Source of the DNA: Octopus vulgaris
Taxonomy: Eukaryota
DNA: 64,000 bases
NCBI GenBank assembly: GCA_951406725.2
Contig: OX597817.1
Span: 133,114,001-133,178,000, forward strand
Reading direction: 5' to 3'
Both the position numbers and the translations under genes were made by a program. Numbering within the stretch: the first letter of the stretch is position 1; each line of letters starts with the position of its first letter. A model generated the notes under the pieces. It saw only the letters and a program-made list of their open reading frames with translations. It did not search any database and was not told the origin of the DNA. This document shows positions 15,564 through 28,830 of the stretch, one piece after another.

Positions 15564-16135
15564 GCTATTCTTGTCTCTTTTTCTCCGTAATATTACCAAA
15601 TTTCAATTCAACGCCAGTTCCGCCCCTACCACGACGCTGTTACCACATTGTAAGCATGCACTCATCGTGAGATATCTGAAGCACATACACACACGCACAC
15701 ACACACACATACAGAGACGCGCAAACACATACATATACACGCACAGACTTTCATGTAGATAGACACGCACACATAAATGCACTTCTAAATACAGCATTGT
15801 ATTCACGTTCACCGGACATTCATACGCACGCACACTCATGCATATATCCCAAACACGTACGCACACAGGCACACGCACACAATCAACTGACACACTCGCA
15901 GCTGATGTACATAGCTGACACACACACGCCCACTTATACGCGCACGAAAACACTCACTCATGGCTGATATGCGCCGGCATCCAGAGGTAGACACACCCTA
16001 GCAAACACGTGAGTTGATGCTAACAGTCCTCAGCCACATGCCCAACTTACGCGCGTACGCTCAAGGTGCACACACAAATAGAAGATACATGCGTAAATGC
16101 CCCAAGCACGCACATCCATGCATTCATACAGCAGG

Positions 16136-16180
<45 letters not shown>

Positions 16181-16670
16181 CAACAGGAAATACGAATGTC
16201 TTATTGCTGCCATAAGAGATACGCTCACCTGGTGACCTTTAAGCCGCTGGCCGCTGAAAATCCAGAGATACCACACTATTTGGTTGCACCTTACTAACAA
16301 GAATATATTTACACACACGCCAGCCATCGCTTATCGAGACAGCGAGATGCCCCAGTTTCGTGTCCAAGAAATTCAAATAGATTTGATGTCGCTGTTATTT
16401 CAATTCTCTTTCCAACAAATACTATACGGTCCACTTTGACCAATAGCAGCCCAATTTCCAGTAGCCATTTTAGATTTTCTGTATCTCTTCATTCGGCCGC
16501 CTGACACTGACGAGCTGGTTTTCTGTGCCGAGCCTGCGAAACTTTAAGTTGCATGGGGCCGAAGCAGTTTTAAATAATACATGAAACTCCTACTAAACGT
16601 TTGAGTACCTCTTTCTTTCGTTTGTCCACTCGCCCATACATATATATGTGTGTGTGTGTGTGTGTGTGTA

Positions 16671-16701
<31 letters not shown>

Positions 16702-16734
16702 GTGTGTGTGTGTTTGTATACAAACAGACAGACA

Positions 16735-16799
<65 letters not shown>

Positions 16800-16801
16800 C
16801 A

Positions 16802-16960
16802 TGGCACTCCGTCGGTTGCGACGACGAGAGTTCGAGTTGATTCGATCAACGAAACTGTCTGCTCGTGAAATTAACGTGCAAGCGGCTGAGCACTCCACGA
16901 ACAAGTGTAACCTTAACGTAGTTCTCGGGGAGATTCAGCGTGACACAAAGTGTAACAAGG
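16802..16960 (-). mobile_element. SINE family C 3' part
   Basis: Reverse complement matches 52010-52170 and 43790-43945. Confidence 0.75.
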
Positions 16961-16975
16961 TTTCGATGTATCCAT

Positions 16976-17160
16976 CTTATCAAATGTTAAACATATTAGA
17001 AAGAATTTTCGTTAGAGTCAGGGAGAAAAAAACATTTTCGGCGGGTTTAACAGTCTGCATCCATATTCGAAGATGAGTACAGTCTGTTAAACCCGCCAAA
17101 AAAAGTTTTTCTCCCTGACTCTCACCAAAATTCTTTCTAGTATGTTTAACATTTGATAAG
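16976..17160. repeat. Fold-back element with ~83-bp imperfect inverted arms
   Basis: cttatcaaatgttaaacat...ggcgggtttaacag pairs with ctgttaaacccgcc...atgtttaacatttgataag. Confidence 0.8.
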
Positions 17161-17689
17161 GAAGGAATTACAACCGTGTTTCGTGGTCTGCTACCACAAC
17201 AGCTTCTTTATAGGATCCAGTTAGCTCAAGACATCATCAGAAGGAACCACGTCCGGTTTTGGACCCTATTCCTCTACCGTTTTGACTTGGCGGGGCCCCT
17301 ACTTTCGGAGGTGTCTTCAGCGTTGGCGTTGGGTGCATGTCTTCTTTTTTCTGTTCTCTGGCATCTTCGATGTAGCGTCAACGAGTTTCAGCGGGCGACT
17401 AATTGACTTGTCAAATTTTTCGCCTTTGAATTTGGTGGTCATTCTTGCTACCTCACCGATTGTATTTTATTAAGCATTCTCTAAAAACTATTTCTGTGCC
17501 TTTTCCAGCTTCATTTACTTAGTCCAATCCGTGTGGGTGTCCTTTCAACACAGTGTCGGGTTTAACACTTTTGCTCCGACTTTTGCACAATCAGTATTGA
17601 TTTTATTTTTCCACATTTTCCGCTTGTTTGGACCTTCATTATCTACCATAATTAGAATATAAACCTTTCTTATCGTCACATAGGATTAT

Positions 17690-18590
17690 TTGAACGTGGG
17701 ACAAAAATGTCCCAACAGTATTCTAATGAACAAATACTTGTGACTGTCCTATCCCAACGCTATTTCGCATGTACGTTGAGCAAGTTCAGAAAATTACAGA
17801 AATAAAATGAAATAATCTTACAGTTTATTTCAAACGCAAAATAAAGCTATAATTGCTTTCTCATATAATATTTATTATAAATTACAATTATTTTTTCGAA
17901 TATAACTTATAAAATAATATATATAATAACACCTTCCAAATAATACTTATGATATAATAAATACACTTCTTTCCTCATATAATTATTATGTAATTATATA
18001 GTTATTTTTCTCTTATATCATTCTAACTAATGAATATATTCTGTTTCTCAAATAATATTTACGAGAATACCCACGATTTATAAATACATGCTCTGTGGGA
18101 TATACTATAAAACATTCATCAATGCATAAAGGAGTGTTGCATTTCCGGCAAAAGTATTTGATCTTCCGTTCTTTGTTCCTAGAATTACATCTCGTACAGC
18201 TTCTCAACTCTTGTTTTACTGACGTAAAATCACCTAGACTCCAAATCAACCCTGAAGTCTTAAAAAGCCGTCCGAAATATCTCATTCTCTTTTGTGGAAA
18301 ATTCGGTCTTCCTGTCTCGATGGAACGTTCAGCTACATTTATCAAGAAATTTCTAAATGGTGGTTTCGTATGGTGAATTTCATAGAGAATAACATAGCTG
18401 TTGTAAACAGCTGTCATTAGAAGCCTGAAGAACACTTTAGTCCGCCATTTTCTATTTTTTCGATCCACTTCATACAGTATTACCATTTGATCAGAGCGAT
18501 CTACTCCAGCCATATATTTGTTATAAAAGATGATCGCTTCTGGACAAGTGAACTCTTTCTTTTTTCCATCCTACTCCTTACGCTGTAACC
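17690..18590 (-). mobile_element. piggyBac (PGBD4-like) transposase C-terminal remnant with 3' flank
   Basis: CPEAIIFYNKYMAGVDRSDQ..RKW..KVFF..AVYNSY and Cys-rich tail CTRC..FCRKCNTPLC..CF (ORF 18013-18513); subterminal palindrome gggacaaaaatgtccc at ~17698. Confidence 0.8.
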
Positions 18591-18822
18591 CTGATTTGTC
18601 CCATCCCAAGCCATTTTAAATGAAGAAAATTCACTTTAGTATGAAAAAACCTTTTTTGGGCAAAAAGGGGTTAAAAATCCACATTAGACGTCATGATGGA
18701 TCTAAGGTGTAAGTACAAGACGTGGTCAGACGCTGCATAAGAAGACAACCCCACCTATATATACATACATACACACACACACACACACAAAAACCACACA
18801 CACACACACATATATATACATT

Positions 18823-18861
<39 letters not shown>

Positions 18862-18924
18862 TTGTATATATATATATATATACATACATTTGTATATATA
18901 TAAATATATATATATATACATTTG

Positions 18925-18957
<33 letters not shown>

Positions 18958-19146
18958 TTATATATTTATATACATTTGTATATATATATACATTTGTATA
19001 TATATATATATAGATAGATAGATAGATACAGATATATATGTTGTTTACACATCTGTCTTCGTCTTTTGTGTTTCTGTAAATTTCAACTTTACACATATAT
19101 GTATTGTATATTTATGTGCATACATATACATATTCACATATATCTG

Positions 19147-19204
<58 letters not shown>

Positions 19205-19236
19205 ATTCTCTCACTCTCTTTCTCTTTCTCTTTATG

Positions 19237-19268
<32 letters not shown>

Positions 19269-19707
19269 CATATATGTACATATATGCATTTATTTACGTG
19301 TATGTATCTATGCATATATGTATGTATGTGCGCGTCTATATATACGTGTGTGTGTGCAGTAGTCTGTGTGCGAATGGGCGAATTTATAACTTTTAGGCTG
19401 TTCTTTGAGTGTAATTTTAGAAATACTAGCAAATATCGTTCACTGCTGCGTTGGGTCAAAACCGAAAGTAGAATCAAATTTCTCTGAAAATATGTTCTGA
19501 CTTTGAGAGAAACTTTAGTTTCTCTCGACGGCTTACTCAAATATAGATGTTTTCTATCTAGTTTGGATTCTTTGCCATCAAATGTGAATTCTTTGCAATC
19601 AAATTTGAATTTTTCAAAGGGACTTTGTAAGACAAGCTAAAACGCAAAAAACGGTCAACGAACATGCGCTGAAATTTTGCAAACGGTTTAAAGTCGGGTT
19701 TGATTCC

Positions 19708-19983
19708 GACCTCGGCGGAATTTGAACTCAGAACGTAGCGACATACGAAATACCTATTTCTTTACTACCCACAAGGGGCTAAACACAAAGACGACAAACA
19801 ATTACAGACAGACGGATTAAGTCGATTACATCGACCCCAGTGGGTAACTGGTACTTATTTAATCGACCCCGAAAGGATGAAAGGCAAAGTCGACCTCGGC
19901 GGAATTTGAACTCAGAACGTAACGGCAGACGAAATACCGCTGAGCATTTCGCCCGGCGTGCTAACGGTTCTGCCAGCTTGCCG
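19708..19983 (-). mobile_element. SINE family A: head + full unit + partial tandem second unit
   Basis: cgacctcggcggaatttgaactcagaacgta occurs twice (~19708 and ~19891). Confidence 0.8.
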
Positions 19984-20155
19984 TAAACCGTAACCCTCCC
20001 CCTTTCGGAGAAGGGACTTTGGTTATTGTTTAAAAATTGAATTGTGTCCCTGTTTGGGGAAATAGTCAATATTTTCACCGTCTTTACGGAAGCATTTTAT
20101 ATATACATATACATACATATACATATATATATATACATACATATATACATACATA

Positions 20156-20187
<32 letters not shown>

Positions 20188-20194
20188 CATATAT

Positions 20195-20340
20195 AGGGAA
20201 AGTTTACGAAAAACCAAAAGACGAAGACAGGTGTTGCACAAAACAGATGTATTAGTACAATGCTCAGGAATAGAAAGAGACACAGAAAAAACAAGGAGAG
20301 AAAAAAATGTGTGTAGTGGCTAACGATCTATCATGGCGAC
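20195..20340. repeat. Family D short repeat inserted in (TA)n, internally deleted
   Basis: Matches 48605-48803 but lacks the central hammerhead-like segment; partial copies at ~5095, 19040 and 26280. Confidence 0.7.
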
Positions 20341-20343
20341 TAG

Positions 20344-20405
<62 letters not shown>

Positions 20406-20459
20406 GCATGTATATATATAAATATATATGTACACATATGTATATAAATATATATATAC

Positions 20460-20556
<97 letters not shown>

Positions 20557-21548
20557 AATACATGTGTATATACTGATGTATATGTATAGATGTATTTCTA
20601 TAGATATACATGTATATGTAAACATGTATGTCTAGATGTATATATAGTTGTACATGTGATATGTACACATATATACATGCATACATATATACACCCATAC
20701 ACTCATACCGATACACCCACCCACCCACACACAGGTGCAGCTGTGTGTAACTTGGCATGTGTCTTCTGCTATAGCGGCATTGGGGCGACTGTACACAGCT
20801 ATAGGGGTTGGGTCGGGTCGGAAGAATTTCCATTATATATTGAGAACTATAGCGCGAAGGCAGCATAAAAAACAACCCTTCCTCAATTGTTGGCAGATTT
20901 ACCTACTCCGCATTGCGAGCAGTGCAACAAGATGCGTCTTCGTTAAAGCAATTGCTCCCCCAAAGCAAATTAAATAAAATTTGAGATACGTGGAACGTCA
21001 AAGCTGCTAACAAAAACAGGACAGTGAAAACATTCGGTAAGGGCTGTTTACCCCTAACGAGGTGAAGTGGTGATAGCTGGAGAAAAAAGCTTTGTCAAGA
21101 GACAGACAAGAATGCGTGTTATAGTTATAAACTGAACGAGAAGAAAAAGAATTACATTTAGAAATAGAGATCTATAATTATTGAGGACAGAATTTGAGTT
21201 AGAAATAGAGAACTATAAATATTGTATTATGCATAAAGTGGTGGCTTACATTCGGGACTTCCAATTTCTCTGTAAAATATAAGATAGTCGCAAAATCATC
21301 GCACATGTCATCATCGATTACAAACACCGGTGGAAGATAAAAGTTCCAGAGGACATTCTTGTTCTTTCATTTGTACAAAGATCGTATTATGTTTCGGCTT
21401 AAAATAAATTATAGATACAAATATAATGTATAGAAATATATAAAAACCAGAATAGAAAATAAATGTCTTAGGCATATAAAATGAGATAACATGAGATATC
21501 AAGGTGTTATAAACTTGAAACCTACTAGAATATCATAGATTATATATA

Positions 21549-24107
21549 TCAAGTCATCCAATCAGTTCTGTCCAATTTTACCTTTTTTTAGATTTGAATG
21601 AAATTTAATAGTATTTTCAAATGTCTAATTCAATTAAAAATTATTTTTATGCATTTGTGTACGTTTAAACTAATTCAATATTGTTTTACAAAATAACAGA
21701 GGGTGTCCACAAAGCCTGCGTACATGGGGATTAACACATACTTTTAAAACAAACCAATTTTATTTAATTATAATGTTAATAAATAATATTTTCAAAGTGA
21801 TTTCCATCAATTTTCAATGCACAACTTGATGCGCCTTGCAAAATTCAGGTGAACTTGATTAAATAAGTCTACATTGCCATCAATTTCAGCACACTGACTG
21901 GTAATGCGTTCTCACATGTGTTTTAAATCTGTAATCTTTATTGTAATCTTTCTCTTTCAACATACCCCCAGAAAAAGAAATCAAGGGGAGAAAGGTCTGG
22001 TGAACGAGGGGACCTTTCCATATGAGCCCTTCTTCCAATCCAGTGAGGAAAAGTGTCATTAAGCAAATCTCTAACAGTTGTGGCAAAATGGGTAGGGGCC
22101 CCTCCTGCTGAAACCAATTCGGAAGGCCCTCGCCTAGGCGCTCAATTTGAGATATTAATTTTTCCTTCAATATGTTTACATAAGTCTCATCCGTTACATG
22201 TTCAATGAAGAAGGGTCCTAGAACATGAGCTTTCCACAAACCACACCACACCATCACCTTTTTGCTGCCTTGCTGTTTGAATGGATCCATCCACTGTGGA
22301 TTACCTCGAAACCAGTATAGAAGATTCTGTCTGTTGACCTCACCATTTACATAAAACGTAGCTTTGTCACTGAACAACAAAGTTTTTCGTAAAATTGATA
22401 TTTTCATCCAATTTATCTGAAAACCATTCGCACGTCTACATTCGTCTATCAGGGTCGTCTTCATTTAAGTGATGCAATATCTGTAGGTTGTATCGATGAA
22501 ACTTTTCCTCAACCAGCATTTTGTGGATGGTTGGTTTTGGAACACCTAACACCGTGGCTGTCCGACGAAGTGATTTCTTTGGGCTAGCAGAAACTTTAGC
22601 CATGACAGCCTCTTTCGTTTCATCTGAAGTCTTTGGTCGCCCGAAACGGGGTTTATCCAAAACACTGCCTGTTTCTTTAAATTTCTTGATCAATTTCCCG
22701 ACGGCAGTAAAAGAAATAGGTTACCTATAAGGGTGTCGAAGATTAAATTCTTCCGTAATTTTGCGATAAGACCATCCCTCTCGTCCACTTAATAATACTA
22801 ACTCGATTCTTTCTTCTTTAGACAGATCCATCATTCTATCTGGGATTCTTTCTTATTTAGACAGAGCCATCATTCGATCATCTGTAGAAAAAATAACAAA
22901 TAAATTTAGAAAAGTAAAGTATTTTTTTTATCTAATTTAAACAAAAGTAAAAAAAGGAAAATTATTATTTCATATATTTGTTTATATTATGATTTTATTC
23001 CATGTACCCTGACTTTGATTAAAACCCTTTCAACATGGAAGTATCCAAGGAGCATTTAAGGCACATATAATTCTTTATGAGTACAATAAAGGTAACTCTG
23101 CAGCCGAAGTGACTCGAAACATACACTCAGTTTATGGGAAAGTGCTTGAATGAAAGAACTTGCAGGAGTTCGTTTGCAAAATTGAAGATGAAGATCGAAT
23201 AGGATGTCCAGTTGAGTTTGATGATAAGCTCTTTGAGGCATTACTTGAAGGAAATACGTCATTATCAGTTGAAGAATTGGCAATAAAGCTTACTTCAAAC
23301 CATACAACAGTTCATCGTCATCTTCAACAACGTGGAAAGATTCCTAAACTTGGAAACTAGGTGCCATATGTATTGTCCGAAAGCAACCGCAAATCCCGAG
23401 TTGACATCTGCTCTTCTCTCTATTCTCGCAAACTCATTTCACCCTTTTTCGATAGACTTGTGACGAAAAATGGATTTTCTATCGAAATGTTAAACGTCGT
23501 AAAGAGTGGCTTGGTAAAAGGGAAAATGCTCAACCACAACCGAGAAGGGAACTTCATGGGGAAATGGTTCTACTCTATCTGGTGCGATTGCAAAGGTGTA
23601 ATTCACTTTATATTGTTACCACCTAATGCAACAATCAATGCTCAAGTCTACTGTCAGCAATTAGAGCATTTGAACCAAGCTTTGAAGGAAAAAAGAGCCG
23701 CTTTAGTGAGTCGAAAAGGAGTGATGTTTCATAAGGACAATGCGCAACCCCACACTGCAAAGATCACATCACAGAAGATCGAAGAGGTCGGTTTGGAAAC
23801 ATTTTTTCATCCAACTTATTCTCCCGGCCTTACTCCTTCAGGATACCATTTGTTTCATAGTTTACAGAATTATTAGGGGGACACAACTTTCGCAAGCCAG
23901 GAGGAGGTCGAACCTGACATTTCAGAGTTCTTCGCTTTGAAACCAAAAGAGTTTTACATTGATGGGATTAAAAAGCTTGTGAATAGATGGAAGTAAGTCA
24001 TAGATAATCAGGGAAAGTATATAGATGACTAACTTTCAATTAAATATAACATTTAATCACCTGGATTCTTTATCCAAAATTCGGACAGAACTTATGGGAT
24101 GACCTGA
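21549..24107 (+). mobile_element. Mariner (DD34D, Mos1/SETMAR-like) element, decayed, interrupted by a nested Tc1-like element
   Basis: TIRs tcaagtcatccaatcagttctgtcc (21549) / ggacagaacttatgggatgacctga (ends 24107), TA flanks. Transposase 23035-24030: MEVSKEHLRH.., VPYVLS, IWCDCKGVI, FHKDNAQPH, HPTYSPGLTPSGYHLF. Confidence 0.85.
21697..23029 (-). mobile_element. Tc1/mariner rosa-type (DD40/41D) element, decayed
   Basis: Degenerate ~30-bp TIRs (agggt..caaag..gtacatgg). HTH region KFKETGSV..GRP; FSDKATF..VNRQN; VMVWCGL. After correcting one frameshift, QQDGAPTH...SPDLSPLDFFFWG gives 40 residues between the 2nd and 3rd catalytic D. Confidence 0.8.
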
Positions 24108-24115
24108 TATATATA

Positions 24116-24826
24116 CACCGGCGAAAATATATTTAAGACCGACGATAAAAGTTCTATTTCTTACAAAATATTTTGTTACTAACACCATACAAATTATTTA
24201 TATCTTTTAAACCTTATGCAAAATTTATTTCTCTTTCGAATGATGGAAACAATTTTTATACAACTTGAAGAATTCTAATGCTAAATTAATATATATTTCT
24301 TTACTGCCCACAAGGGGCTAAACATAGAGGGGACAAACAAGGACAGACAAACGAATTAAGTCGATTACATCGACCCCAGTGCGTAACTGGAACTTAATTT
24401 ATCGACACCGAAAGGATGAAAGGCAAAGTCGACCTCTGCGGAATTTGAACTCAGAACGTAATATAAACGTTTCAAATTTACCGGCAAAATTAGTTTAAGA
24501 CCATGTAATATGTATGCAAAATGGTTGGTCACACAACGAGCCTAAATGCACCATACAAAGTTATAATTTAATTTCATACAATTTATTGATTATGGAAAAG
24601 CAACGTAGCCTTAGTTCAGTCACGAGAGCAAAAATCGTATATTACAGCAAAAAGTTTCCTTTTCGAACATCAGCAAGCAATTAAAGTGCAGTATACCGGC
24701 TTGCGTGCAAGCGTGGAAGTTATACTCGGAGACTGGTCAATATAAAGATAGGCAAAGGACTAGTAACAGAATATTTTGTAAGAAATAGAACTTGTATCAT
24801 CGGTCTTAAATTTATTTTCGCCAGTG
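24116..24826. mobile_element. Non-autonomous Tc1-like element (MITE) with ~31-bp TIRs, carrying a SINE A insertion (24294-24460, minus)
   Basis: caccggcgaaaatatatttaagaccgacgata vs tatcatcggtcttaaatttattttcgccagtg; TA on the left flank. Confidence 0.7.
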
Positions 24827-25075
24827 TGAATATCATATATATATATAATGTATATAATACGGGAATTTTAATGGAGATAACCTGCAGTATATAGTACAAC
24901 ATTTTTGTCTCCGTATATGAGCTAAGTATTAATAAAATGTGGTATATGATAAAAGTTTCGGATATTTGTCTTAAAACATTCAGACAAGAAAATTCAGATG
25001 TAGTACATGAGGTATTATTCCATACGAATGTACACATATTTATGTTAAGCGGTTCATGATAAAAATATAGAAATA

Positions 25076-25625
25076 TTGGGTTGTCCGGAAAGTTCGTGCC
25101 GATTTATAGTAGCTTATCTTTCGACTTATTTTAGAACATGTTTGAGTCCATAAACTAGGATTTGACTACACCTCCATTTAGAGCACAGTTTAAGCTATCT
25201 TTTCGTGGAAGAAGGTTTATGTTCCTATAACCTGTGTTAATTCTGTAATCCTTTAAAATAAAGATGAGAAAGTTCATTTTCGGCACTTGATGCTTTGGGA
25301 ACCAGACAAAACTTGTTGCAGCTCGGCTGGGATGTGTTACCCCCACCCTCCCTATTCCCTAGATTTCCACTTATTCAGGTCTCTGCAGAAAAGTCTTAAT
25401 GGTAAAAATTTCAAATCCTTAGATGACGTAAAAAGATACCTTGACGAATTCTTTGCCTTGAAACCACCCCATTTCTGGGAAGAGGGTATTTTCAAGGTAA
25501 AGAAAAGATGGAGACGTATTGTGCAACGAAATGGTTCAGATTTGGTTCATTAAAAATGTAATGGCAAGTATTTAGTGACTTTTACTTTCCTTTAAAAATA
25601 GGAACGAACTTTCCGGACAACCCAT
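25076..25625 (+). mobile_element. Internally deleted mariner element (550 bp)
   Basis: TIRs ttgggttgtccggaaagttcgt / acgaactttccggacaaccca with TA flanks; HPPYS..FHLFRSLQ..FWEEGI..RW C-terminus. Confidence 0.85.
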
Positions 25626-26385
25626 TATAAGCATAACAATGAAATACGAATATAAACATGAAAAATAAAAACCTAAATTGAAAGAGGCAATAAAATTTTT
25701 TTTCCTAACCTGCAGCCGTTTCAGAAAAGTGGTTGTACAAAATATTCGAAATTCAGCCCTCCTTCCTCAGGGTTCCTTTCTCGAGGTAAAATCCAGCAAA
25801 CAGCATTAAGGCACTACATGGTGAGTATTCAGTTGGTGAAAGTTCAGTTTTTTAGTATCGATGAATAAGTGACAGCATCATATTAGGTTCTGCAGATTTT
25901 CTAAGAGGATTACCACGTTTAAATAAGAAATGAAAATCTTTGAAAGGTTAACTTTAGTTAATCATGCAAATAATAGCCAATGAGAATGTTCCAGTCTGTA
26001 CTGATACTACTATAAAAATAAATAATTTAAGATTACAGGTTTGTGCATAAGTGTTCAACTGGATCTAATGATCTAATTGGACCGTATTTTCAAAAAGCGT
26101 TTTTTTCTAAAAAATTATATTTTAAAGTTTAAGAAAATTATAAGACGCTAAATATTTATGCTTGCAACATACTAAAATATCTGTAATTTTTTTATATAGG
26201 GGTGAATAAATGAATTCTTGTGTCCCCTATATCTAATTTTAAAATCAGTAGTACTCCCTATATAAATTTTCCTAAGTCCGGAGCGTTAAACTAATAAACC
26301 TGTTTGCTGTTTACACATCCGTCTTCGTCTTTTGTTCGTTTCTTTTGTAAATTCCAAATATATATGTATGTATGTGTGTGTATGC

Positions 26386-26473
<88 letters not shown>

Positions 26474-26544
26474 ATTTCGTTAGACAGGAACTGAAACAAA
26501 TCGATCGTATATATATGTAAGTATATATGTAAGTGTATGTGTTT

Positions 26545-27165
26545 TGGTATTGGCAACATGAATGACAATGGCCAGAGACTACTTGAATTTTGCACATACC
26601 ATAACCTGTGCATCACTAACACATTCTTTGCCAACAAGACATCCAACTAGGGATCTTGGAGACATCCAAGATCTCGCCACTGGCATCAACTGGATCTCAT
26701 CATTACACGAAGACCCTTTCTGAATTCTGTTCAACTGACTCGTAGTTACCACAGCGCGGATTGTGACACAGATCATTCACTAATAAGAAGCAGGGTGAGG
26801 ATTCTGCCTAAAAAGTCCATCACTCCAAGAAAATGGGCCAACCACGCATTAACACTGCCAGAACCTCCGACCCCACACTATGATAATGTTTTGCTGTCGC
26901 TATCAAAGTTGTCCTCAGTAGCTGCCCAACCACCTCTGCTGAAAGTAGGTGGAATTATATCAGGGAAGCTTTGTATACCACATTAATAGATACTTTCGGC
27001 ATGAGAGAAAGGCAAAACCCAGATTTTGTTCGGTGCTGGGCTCTCAGAGCTGGAAACAGTTATCGAAACAAAGCGTGCAGCTCTGATGTAATACAAGAGT
27101 GATTCTTCTATAAAGTCACTCGAAGAACTCAGAGAGACAAGAAATAAAACCATAGATTCGTAATG
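26545..27165 (+). pseudogene. RTE-clade LINE apurinic endonuclease fragment
   Basis: [60 protein letters not shown]. Confidence 0.8.
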
Positions 27166-27444
27166 CATCTTACGGCTGTGTCTGTCACCTGGATGGTGAG
27201 CAATCCTACATTGGGAGTGGTAACGACCAGGGTAGGGTAACTGACTGCTTATTGCGATCATTCGTCTTTTCGTTTAAATGTGGTACGATTACAATTTTTT
27301 TAGGGTGTGTAAAGAGGGAAATAACCTTCATCTGCAATTTTGATGAAATTCAAAACATAGATATTCTAGTTCATTCAGAAAATATAACAGAAAAGTCTAA
27401 TTCTTCAATTGAATATAACCGGGCAACGCCGGGTAGCTCTGCTA

Positions 27445-27445
<1 letters not shown>
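27165..27445 (+). mobile_element. Helitron-type non-autonomous element 3' end
   Basis: Hairpin ccgggcaacgccggg followed by ..CTAG|T, similar to the end of 57232-57620; 5' boundary uncertain. Confidence 0.5.
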
Positions 27446-27482
<37 letters not shown>

Positions 27483-27485
<3 letters not shown>

Positions 27486-27697
27486 TTTACTTGTTTCACT
27501 CATTTGACAGCGGCCATGCTCGAGCACCATTTTTAGTCGAGCAAATCGCCCCCAGGACTTATTCTTTGTATGCCTAGTACTTATGCTAGCGGTCGCTTTT
27601 GCTGTACCGATAGGCTACGGGGACGTAAACACACCAGCATAGGTGTTGGATGCGATGTTGGAGGGACAAGCACAGACACAGAAACATATAGACACAA

Positions 27698-27745
<48 letters not shown>

Positions 27746-27800
27746 GACGGGCTACTTTCAGTTTCCGTCTACCAAATCCACAGTCACTCCTGCGCCTATG
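27483..27800 (-). mobile_element. SINE family B copy with deletion in 5' arm
   Basis: Both arms reversed around (TA)n. Confidence 0.75.
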
Positions 27801-27813
27801 CACGCGCGCGCGC

Positions 27814-27862
<49 letters not shown>

Positions 27863-28439
27863 TGTGTGTGTGCGTGTGTGTGTCAGGAAATAAGTAAATG
27901 GGGAAAAATTGATGAATAACAATTGATTTACATCAATTATCTTTTATTAATTAATTACAAAAACACAGAATCTCAACTTACAGCTCTTTCTGCTAGAATA
28001 ATTCCCAGGCTTAACCACCATAATAATAATAGTTATCATTCTAAGTAATTACTTATACTAATTTGAATCGCAATACTTCATCAGAGCAGAAAAGTAAATA
28101 AAATAGAAGCAAAAGCAAAAAAGAGAAAGTGAGAACAGTGACAATCAATTCATGCCACACACTGACCCACTGCGATTCAATGGAAACAAGTATCCCTTGG
28201 ATGGTTGTTATAACCTCTAACTTCACTCACCTATATATATGTATGTATATGTATATATACGCACATATATATTTGTGTGTGTCTATAGATGAAATAGACA
28301 GTCAGACAGGTATGTAAACATATATATATATATATAGGGCACAGCTGGAGACGATGATCTCCTGGGGCTAAAAAGCTACAGTAACACCCCCACCCCTAGT
28401 GGTTAGCCATATTAAGATGAGATGGCTGGTATACTTTAC

Positions 28440-28491
<52 letters not shown>

Positions 28492-28679
28492 TAAATAATG
28501 AGGGATATAAATTGAATATTAATTTAATTAATATCAATTTAAAACCAGTAGCTTAGCATACAAAAATATGAAAAATCAGAGAAAATTCTAATACATGTGT
28601 ATATTTAAAGGGCTAAAAACCACTGTGGACAGCCATATGCTAGAAGTAGATCACCTACGATCAAACTACAGAGTCCTTA

Positions 28680-28830
28680 ACCAACTCCTCGTATGGATTA
28701 TTTTAGTAGCAAGCTCCATTACACTTTACGGCTGGATTTCTAAGCATGGCCAACTGAAATTATATATATCATCTAGCCATCTTGCTCGTGGCCTACTCCT
28801 AGTTCTGCTACCGACTGGATCAACTTGATG
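28680..28830 (-). pseudogene. RTE-like LINE C-terminal fragment
   Basis: GSRTRSRPRARWLDDIYNFSWPCLEIQP; paralogous to 37700-37850. Confidence 0.55.

Noticed and set aside
17176-17560. Possible BEL/Pao integrase C-terminal remnant (minus, GEVAR..RPLKL)
   Set aside because: Similarity is too short and interrupted by stops; no LTRs seen.
27976-28090. CTGATGA ... GAAAGAGCTGTA on the minus strand
   Set aside because: About 85 nt separate the half-cores with no convincing stem II; at best a heavily decayed relic.
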